A stretch of DNA of 64,000 bases from Bacteroidaceae bacterium (GTDB lineage Bacteria; Bacteroidota; Bacteroidia; Bacteroidales; Bacteroidaceae). Below, piece after piece: positions 18,886 through 26,800 of the stretch; position 1 is the first letter of the stretch; every line of letters starts with the position of its first letter. The translations under genes and the position numbers were made by a program. Location: the NCBI GenBank assembly GCA_045576655.1, contig JAZNGW010000028.1, positions 35,885-99,884 on the forward strand, written 5' to 3'. The notes beneath the pieces are model-generated. The model was not told the DNA's origin. It saw nothing but the letters and a program-made list of their open reading frames with translations, and did no database searches.

Positions 18886-21800
18886 TTATCTCACAAGAAC
18901 TTTCTTCTTATTGACGATGTAGATGCCTCGTGGAAGACCCTCGAGAGAGTCGCCTACCTTCTGCCCCTGGAGGTTGTAAACCACAACAGGGACGTTGTCG
19001 GTTTCAGTCTCAACCGCATCGATATCAGTGATGTGGTCCTTGGTCATATCTCCATAGTAGTAGAGGTGGAAGTTGTCGAAGATTGTCCAATAGCCGTCAC
19101 TGCTTGATGAGCAACGCAGACCAATCTTGAGACTATTCTTGCCCTCTGCCAACTCGGTCATGATTTCATTCTCATAGAGTCCCTTAGCGAAGTACTTGCT
19201 TGCTGCTTCCATGTTGTCAGGGATGTAGCGAACAGGGCTTCCCACTGATGCCTCTGAACCGCCGAGTTTTGAAGTGCGTGCTTCGGTGCCGATATGAGCC
19301 ACCTTAACCGATTCGGTGTTAGCGTAGAGGTATGTAGTCACCTTGTTAGTGCCGTTGACATAGTCAGAGTAAGCCGTAGCATACGCTCCTGGACGCTGGA
19401 ACGCCTGAACTGTTGTCTTGTAAGTTCCTGCAGGGAGTCCGGTAATTGTCTGGTTGAAGTCGAACGTAGCTTGATAGAACTCAAGGCATGAGAAGTTAAA
19501 TGTCGGAGCCACTGACCATCCTGTGTTGTCGCTGATTGAAGCATTCGTCACAAGGAAAGTAACGTCAAACGGTTCGTCAACGCTTGCAGGAGTAGCATTT
19601 GCAAGGAAGTCCATTCCTGCCTGGCTTGTGCTCTCAATTGTAGCGCGGAGCAGATCGAGACCGGAATTTGCATCATCGGCAACGGTCTGAGCGTAAGACA
19701 GAGCTGCGTCGATAGCAACGTCTGCACCTTCAGCATCTTCAGTGTGAGGAGTTGACTTCACCTTATTGAGGTTGGTAATAAGGGTCTTCAGTTCGTTGAG
19801 AGCTGAGAGACGTGCCGCTTCATCAAACTTGAGGGTCTCCTCAGCCGTGAGAATCACCCAGTGCTGCGATGCCGCGTCGGCTGAAAGGTCGAAGCCAGTT
19901 GCGCCCACATTGCCTGAAGCAGTAGCCACCATAGCACGTGGATTATTGTTTGTCACGTTCATAATCCAGTAGCCACGGACGTTAGTTGCCGACGTACCGC
20001 TACCTACCTTTATGTCTTTTCTGCCCTTCATGACGTGGAATTTCTCCGTAGCCGCAGGAGTAGTCTTCGTTGCAACCTTGAAGGTAGAGTTGCTGTAAGT
20101 GATGTACTGACCAGTGCCTACATTGCGGAACATGTAGTATTGCTTCACTGGGTCGAAGCTGAGGTACCATGCGAAGTTGTCGTCGTTAGCAACGTCAACC
20201 GATGTCGCTTCCTTCCACTTGAGCGAAGTGCCGCTCACCGTCAGATAGGAAGTAGTGAGTCCGAACGACGCACTTTCGTTCTTGATGTAGTACTTAACCT
20301 CATCGTCATGCTCAAACGTATATGCTGGCAGAGCAAAGCATCCGCTTGTAGGGGCTACTCCATCTTCATGCAATCCCTGAATGATGAGCGCCTGAGCCAT
20401 GTAGAGAGCGTCAGAACCGTTGTCTTCGTGAGCACCATTGATTCCATAAGGCCACATGTGCTGACTATCACCAGCCATTTTTGCCGTCGTGTTGTTATCC
20501 CAGAACTGGAGAACGCTGTTTGCGCGAGGACCTGTCCACGAACCGTCTACGAGCATTGTCCACCATCCGTTCTGAGTACCGACACCCACACCGTGGGCTG
20601 CCTCGTGGAGGATTGTACCTGTGCGCTGATATGAAACGTTAGGACCTACTCGCATCCATCCGCCGTAAGAGCAGTCGGCCGTAGGAGTGCCCGAACCGTA
20701 GTTGCCTGAAAGGTGGAATCCCTGCGTGCTCACAAGCTTGCCCCAAATGTCCTCGATGCCGTGGCGCATAGCTTCGCTAATACGTGCATTCTCCTCTGCG
20801 CTACCACCATTGTTCCAAGACCAGCTGATATTAGCCTTAGGGAGAGTGATAATCTTTATCTCATCGCCGTATGCCACCTGATAGCCCTCAGTCACGACAT
20901 AAGGGCGAGCGTAATAGACGGTTGAAGGCTTCATGTTCTCCATTATATAGATGCGTCCGCTATTGTCGATGTATCGTGTAGAACGCTGGTCGAGCACAGT
21001 AGGGTTCTTCTCAGTAGAGAAGCAGAATCCTGCCTCACGAAGTTTAGCTCCGTTGATATTGTATGTGAATCGGCCGAACGCCATCACCGAACCGCGTGCA
21101 TAGCGCTTGTCAGTCTTAGTTATTATCGGCATTGCCCCTGTAGGCGACTGAAGCATGAATGCAAATGCCGCCTCGTCGAGAAGCACGATGTGGTTAGCAA
21201 GGTCAGCATACGAAGTCGCTCCGTCGGCATAAGCAGCCTTTGCCGCATTGATTGCCGCGAGATATTCCTCTGCCCCCTCGCCAGCTCCGTCGCCATACTG
21301 AGTTTCAGCCTTTTCGATAGCGGCAAGCAGTTCAGCATAAGCGGCGATAGAGCGGTTTGCCTCGTCCGTAGCCTCGCGAAGCGGAGTTGAAACCTTGACA
21401 TAGCCCTCGGTTGCAGACTTGCCAAGTTCAGCAAGCACATCAGCCATCTTAGCGTCGAGAGCGTCCTTAGCGGCAGAGTGCATCTTCTTGTCTGCGATAG
21501 CAGCCGCCGCGTCATAGTAGCCCTGAAGAGCAACCTTGTAGTCGGCATCAGTACCTCCGATGTAGTAGAGTCGGAAGTTGTCGGCAGCGAGCCAGTTGCC
21601 CGTAGCGCCCTGAGCCATGAATCCTATTGTAGCGCTGCTTTCGATGTTTGTGAATACCAATGAATATTCAGCAGTCTTGTCAACAGCCGCCTTTGTGTTA
21701 TTAGCAAAAATCCACGCTCCGCTCTGCGATGCGTTAGGAGTGTCCTCCTGTATGTTCTGCGCACCGGCAACAAGTTTGTAAATACCGAGGTCGAGCCCCT

Positions 21801-23445
21801 CGATCTTTTGCACAACAGAAGCATCACCCACCTGTCCGCCTCTGCCAGTCCACTTCTCCACGTAAGTCGTCCCCTTCTTCTGCTTGAAAGACGAGTTTGT
21901 CTGAGTAGCCATGTGCTGAGCGGTCCATCCTTCAAACTGCTTCTCGAAACTTGGGTTGACAATAAGCGAAGTCATGTCGATAGGGTCCTCCTCCGAAGCA
22001 TTGCCATAGCGGTAGTTCTTCATGGCAAGCACGAGAGCGTCAATCTGCCTCTTCACGTCAGTGTTTGTAGCGCTCGCATCTGCACATACAGCCTGAGCCG
22101 CATCGATAGCCGCCTTCAGAGCCGCTGCCCCATTGCCTGTACCATCGCCATAGAGCGCAGCAGCCTCACTGATTGTTGCCTCAAGGTTCCCGACAAGCTC
22201 CTCCTTGCTCAGTCCCTTATAGATGAGTCGGAAGCCCTGCCAGTTCACCCACTGGTTGCTCGATGTCACCGCATATTTGATATTGACAGCGCCCTCAGCG
22301 TCGACAACGATATCCTTAGCCCAAGCCATAGCGTCGCCATGAGCCAAAGCCTGGCCGCACGACTGCATGCCGTTAGGCTGGATCTTGCCGTTGACGCTTG
22401 TCCAGTTGTTGTCCGTAGCATTTGTCACAGCATAATCGATTGTTCCCATCAGAGGAGTCTTTCCTGTGTAAGCGCCCTTGCCAGTTGTTACAGTAAGAGT
22501 TGGCGCCACACCCGAACCGTCCTCACGATAGAGCGAATGAAAACCGAGATCGTATGTTCCTAGCGGAAGCACATTGTCCTGTTCGAGAGTGAATGCCGAG
22601 TGGTAAATCTCAAACTCCTCCCAACCGAAAGCAGGGCTGCCGCTGTACCACTTGTCAGCACTTGCATTGCCCACCATGTCCGCATTGTCAAGCATGAACG
22701 ACACGTCGATAAGTTCAGTCAAGTCAACGCATACCGCCTTGAAGAGCTCGCGCGAAGCCCTCTCTATGCTCTCCACCGTAGCATTAGAAGCACTATAAGC
22801 CTCAAGGGCAGTTGCAATGGGCGCCTGATAAGCCCCTTCCTTGCCAGCATCCGCCACAGCCTTGTACACGTTGTACATAGCCTTCTTTGCCTTATACAGA
22901 GCGTAAGCACCATTAGTGATGTTAGACTCCTTGACAAATGCCCACTTCGTCATGCCCGCACCACCAGTAAGAGTCAAGTGACCGCCGTAAGTCCACGACA
23001 CGTCCAGCAACTTTCCAAACTTGTCATTGCTGAGCGTATACACACGGCTGCCTTCAGCAGTCTCCGAGTAAGTAAAATACTGGTTTGTCGACTTATTTAT
23101 AACTACATCATAAGCCGCCTCGCTTGGACAGGAAATGTAGTACGACCCGCCCTTCTCCTTGTTTCTCATCCTCACCTTACCGTCCGAAGCAATAACAGTG
23201 CTTTGATTAGGGATTGAGGCGGTATAGTCGCCGTTAGTCAGTCGAGCGGCACAAGCCTGCGTGTTGCTCGTCATGCCATACATCACGAAAGCGTCAGCCT
23301 CCACATTATAAATATACACTACGTCGGTCGACTTCAATCCGTCGAGACTTTCCCCAGGCACCTGCGGAGCCGTCCATGTCTGCGCCACAGCCGCCAACGA
23401 TGTACCTAAACATAGGCATAAGAAAGAAAGAAATCGGTTCTTCAT
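18886..23445 (-). CDS. Giant T9SS cargo protein, paralog P2: shared N-terminal array + Ig-like + HExxH zincin-like domain + ricin-like lectin + beta-sandwich + T9SS CTD
   Basis: 'GTILHEAAHGVGVG' (nt 20593..20607). QxW-type lectin repeats ('YYIKNE', 'YYMFRNVGTGQYIT', 'SQHWVIL'). Tail '...VVVYNLQGQKVGDSLEGLPRGIYIVNKKKVLVR'. Confidence 0.75.
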   Translation of the reverse strand: MKNRFLSFLCLCLGTSLAAVAQTWTAPQVPGESLDGLKSTDVVYIYNVEADAFVMYGMTSNTQACAARLTNGDYTASIPNQSTVIASDGKVRMRNKEKGGSYYISCPSEAAYDVVINKSTNQYFTYSETAEGSRVYTLSNDKFGKLLDVSWTYGGHLTLTGGAGMTKWAFVKESNITNGAYALYKAKKAMYNVYKAVADAGKEGAYQAPIATALEAYSASNATVESIERASRELFKAVCVDLTELIDVSFMLDNADMVGNASADKWYSGSPAFGWEEFEIYHSAFTLEQDNVLPLGTYDLGFHSLYREDGSGVAPTLTVTTGKGAYTGKTPLMGTIDYAVTNATDNNWTSVNGKIQPNGMQSCGQALAHGDAMAWAKDIVVDAEGAVNIKYAVTSSNQWVNWQGFRLIYKGLSKEELVGNLEATISEAAALYGDGTGNGAAALKAAIDAAQAVCADASATNTDVKRQIDALVLAMKNYRYGNASEEDPIDMTSLIVNPSFEKQFEGWTAQHMATQTNSSFKQKKGTTYVEKWTGRGGQVGDASVVQKIEGLDLGIYKLVAGAQNIQEDTPNASQSGAWIFANNTKAAVDKTAEYSLVFTNIESSATIGFMAQGATGNWLAADNFRLYYIGGTDADYKVALQGYYDAAAAIADKKMHSAAKDALDAKMADVLAELGKSATEGYVKVSTPLREATDEANRSIAAYAELLAAIEKAETQYGDGAGEGAEEYLAAINAAKAAYADGATSYADLANHIVLLDEAAFAFMLQSPTGAMPIITKTDKRYARGSVMAFGRFTYNINGAKLREAGFCFSTEKNPTVLDQRSTRYIDNSGRIYIMENMKPSTVYYARPYVVTEGYQVAYGDEIKIITLPKANISWSWNNGGSAEENARISEAMRHGIEDIWGKLVSTQGFHLSGNYGSGTPTADCSYGGWMRVGPNVSYQRTGTILHEAAHGVGVGTQNGWWTMLVDGSWTGPRANSVLQFWDNNTTAKMAGDSQHMWPYGINGAHEDNGSDALYMAQALIIQGLHEDGVAPTSGCFALPAYTFEHDDEVKYYIKNESASFGLTTSYLTVSGTSLKWKEATSVDVANDDNFAWYLSFDPVKQYYMFRNVGTGQYITYSNSTFKVATKTTPAATEKFHVMKGRKDIKVGSGTSATNVRGYWIMNVTNNNPRAMVATASGNVGATGFDLSADAASQHWVILTAEETLKFDEAARLSALNELKTLITNLNKVKSTPHTEDAEGADVAIDAALSYAQTVADDANSGLDLLRATIESTSQAGMDFLANATPASVDEPFDVTFLVTNASISDNTGWSVAPTFNFSCLEFYQATFDFNQTITGLPAGTYKTTVQAFQRPGAYATAYSDYVNGTNKVTTYLYANTESVKVAHIGTEARTSKLGGSEASVGSPVRYIPDNMEAASKYFAKGLYENEIMTELAEGKNSLKIGLRCSSSSDGYWTIFDNFHLYYYGDMTKDHITDIDAVETETDNVPVVVYNLQGQKVGDSLEGLPRGIYIVNKKKVLVR

Positions 23446-23492
23446 AATATTAAATTGATTAATAAATAATTATCAACAATATCTTTAATCTA

Positions 23493-23500
23493 CAAAAGTA
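23493..23500 (-). promoter_or_regulatory. Candidate -7 box (TACTTTTG on minus strand) upstream of P2
   Basis: Exact TAnnTTTG match 48 nt upstream of the ATG at 23445. A second match lies at 23520..23527. Confidence 0.3.
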
Positions 23501-23557
23501 GAAAAAATCCCACACCCTGCAAAATTACCTTCTGCAAGATTCCACAGGGGGAAACGA

Positions 23558-23701
23558 CCCGCTCCGCACTGCTAAATTCACAACCCCTCGGAGAAAAGTA
23601 TAAATAAAAGTAATATTTGTACAAATAATAGTTTTATTTATATAAATATTAGTTTTATTCTTACAAATATAAGTTTTATTTATACTTTTCAGCGAAGGGT
23701 C
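23558..23701. repeat. AT-rich quasi-palindromic element with 17-bp inverted repeats bracketing a 64-bp segment (copy 1); inverton-like
   Basis: IRs GAAAAGTATAAATAAAA (23593..23609) and TTTTATTTATACTTTTC (23674..23690). Second copy at 62126..62272, with flanks reversed but an identical inner segment. Confidence 0.8.
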
Positions 23702-23773
23702 AGAAAGTTTGCACCGAGGTGAAAACAGTTTTTCATCCCAATTGGATTGATTTTTCAAGTCGTTGAATCTGAT

Positions 23774-23813
23774 AAAAAAAAGGAGAACGCATCATTAGAG
23801 ACGCATCCTCCTT
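23774..23813 (-). terminator. Probable rho-independent terminator of P3
   Basis: Minus strand: AAGGAG ... CTCCTT stem (22-nt loop) followed by TTTTTTTAT. Confidence 0.4.
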
Positions 23814-23840
23814 GTTGTTTTCAAAGCGATAAAGAGCTGG

Positions 23841-26800
23841 CTACTGCACAAGCACCTTCTTCTTGTTTACGATGTAGACGCCTCGTGGAAGCCCCTCGAG
23901 CGTGTTGCCCACTTTCTGTCCGTGGAGGTTGTACACCTCGACCGGTTTGTCAGAGTCTTCGCCAACCGTTTCATCCGCCTCGACCTTGTCGATTGCCGTC
24001 ACTGTCTCCGGCGAGATTGTTCCGTAGTAGTAGAGGCGGAAGTTGTCGAACACGCTCCAGTAGTTTGTACCTGCAGAAGGGCACTTGATTCCTATCTTGA
24101 GCGACGCGCCTTCGTCGTCCAGACGTGTGGCCACTTCGTTCTCGTAGGTTGAGAGCTTGAGATATGCCTCAGCCGACGCCATAGTGTTAGGTATGTAGCG
24201 TGTAGATGTGCCCACCTCGACATCATCGGCGTGGAGACGGGTGCGCCTTGCGCCTGCGGCGATGTTCTTAACCTTCACGGTGCTGGCTCCGGCATAGAGA
24301 ACGGTGTTGACATTGTCTGTGCCGCCTGTGTAGGAGTCGTAGACTGCATCGTATGCTCCCGGACGCTGGAAGGCCTTGGCGCGGAGCTGGTATGTTCCGG
24401 CTGGAAGACCGGTGATTGTCTGGTTGAAGTCGAACGACGACTGGAAGTACTCAAGGCATGAATTGCCGAATGTCGGTTTGGTTGACCACCCGCTGTTGTC
24501 GTCGATGGCGGCGTTCTTGACAAGGAATGTGATATTGAACGGACGGTACATGCTGGTTGGTGTGGCCTTGCCGAGGAAGTTCATTCCGGCTGTGCGAACC
24601 TGCTCTATCAGGGCTGTCACTTCGTTGGCAGTGGCTGCATCTGCGGCAAGGGATTCGACCGTAGCGATATCGTCGTCGAGAGCTGCGTCTGCTCCTGGCA
24701 CGTCCTCTGTGTGGGAAGTGAGTTTGAGTCGGCGCACATTGCTGATCATCTCGTCGAGTTCGGCAAGTGCCTTGTCCTTGAGTCCTGTCTCAAACTGCTC
24801 TATCTCGTCGGCCTGAAGGAATATCCATCGCTGTGCTGTGGCTGAGTTGTAGAGGTCGAGCGTGTTGGCTGCCACTCCTCCGTTGGCTGTAGCGGTAAAT
24901 GTGGCAGGATTTGACTTGGCTTCCGGGTGGATAATCCAATATCCGCGAGTCTTGAAACTGCCGAGTGCGACGTCCTGACGTCCCTTCATGAGGTGGAAGT
25001 CTTCGTTGGCGGCAGGTGTTGACTTGACGGCTGTCCTGATGCCGTTGGCCCCGTTGGCGGTGAAGGTGAGGTAGCGTCCTGTGGCAGCGTTGCGGAACTG
25101 GTAGTACTGGTTGTCTGGAGTGAAGGAGACGTACCATGCGGCACTGTCGTTGAGAGTGACGTCGCTTCCTGCCATGTCCATCCACTTGACGATGCCGTTC
25201 TTCTGTTCCACGAGATAGGAAGTGGCAAGTCCGCGGTCGGCAGATTCGCTCTTGATGTAGTACTTGGCATTGTCGTCCTGCTCGAAGACGTATGCCGGCA
25301 AGCAGAATGCTCCGGAATAGAAGTTGACAGGAATGAGTCCGTCTTCGCAGAATCCCTGGTTGATGAGGGAGTTGCCGATGTAGAAAACCTCTGTGTCGTT
25401 CCAGTTCTGAGGACCTGCCCAAGCACCTGGTTCGAGGTGTGCACCGTTGTGAGGGTATTTGTTGTGGAAGATGTTGTCCTGCGAGTAAGTCTCGCCCTTG
25501 TTTATAACGCCCCAGTGACCGCCGTCGTAAGCGCCGGTGATGACGAGGTTATCGTTGTTTTCCCAGAAACGCACTGCCTCGTTGGCACGGTCGCCCGCCC
25601 AGTAGCCGTTCACGGTTTCACGAAGCGGAGAAACTACCCATCCGCCCCAAATCTCGAGCGTACCGCCACCGATGCCGTGGTTCATCTCGTGCATGCAGGT
25701 TCCTGCACGCTGTCCCATGTTCGTACCGATACGCATTCCGCCGCCATATCCGCAGTCGGCGGTAGGGGTGCCAGGCGAGAATGTGCACGACACGTTGAAT
25801 CCGCGTATGCTGGTGTAGTTTGACCAGTAAGTAGTGGCAACCGTAAGTGCCGTGTTGATACGGTCGTTGTGTGCGGCGTCGCCACCGTTGTTGTACCAGT
25901 ATGTCACTCGTCCCTGCGGCAGAGTGGACATCTTGATGACATCGCCATAGCCCACAGCATAGCCCTTGGTGATAGCATAGGCACGCATGTAGTAGACTGT
26001 GGCCGGTTGCATGTCCATCCAGTACATGCGTCCGTTGTTTTCCAGATATTTTGTTGTGCGGTTGTCGAGCACGGTAGGGTCAGGTTCTGTGCTCCAGCAG
26101 AATCCCTGTTCAAGGATTTCGGAAGAAGTGACACCGCTCACCGTCATACGTCCGAATGCGGCGATGGCACCACGCACATAGCGCTTGTCAGTCACCACCG
26201 TAGGAACGGCGCCTGTAGGGTTGGTGAGGTTGTACTCAAACTCTGCCTTCTCAAGTTTCACGATCTCGGCAGCCATCTCTTCGAAAGTGGCGTCGAGGTT
26301 GTCGTTGACAGCCTTAGCCCCGTTGATTACGGCGAGGAACTTCTCCGCACCCTTCATCACACCGTCGCCATAAGCCACCTCAGCCTTGGCGATTGCGGCA
26401 GTGAGGTCGGCGTAAGCCTTTATCGAAGCCTTTGCCTGCTCCACAGCCTCGCGAAGCGGAGTGGACACAGCAGTGTAGCCATCGGCATTGTCCTTCTGGA
26501 GTTCAGCCTCAGCGGCTGCAATGCACGCCTTGAGGTTGTCGAGCACAGCATTGTGCATCTTCTCCCCTATGTATGGTTTGGCAGTCTCGATATAGCCCTC
26601 AAGTTCCTTCTTGAAGTCAGCAAACTCGCCACCGGCATAGTAGAGGCGGAAGTTGTCGACCGAAATCCAGTTGCCCGTAGCGCCTTCGGCAAGGAATCCT
26701 ACCGTAGCCTCATTCTCGATGTTGACGAACGTCACAGAATACTCATCCTTGCCCACAACCTCAGTCTTGGAGTTGTTGGCAACGACCCACGCACCAGTCT

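Noticed and set aside
23525-23758. 77-aa minus-strand ORF between P2 and P3.
   Set aside because: It spans the AT-rich IR-bracketed element. The Asn/Ile/Lys/Thr-rich translation is a by-product of the palindromic AT-rich DNA. It has no start context or conservation signal.
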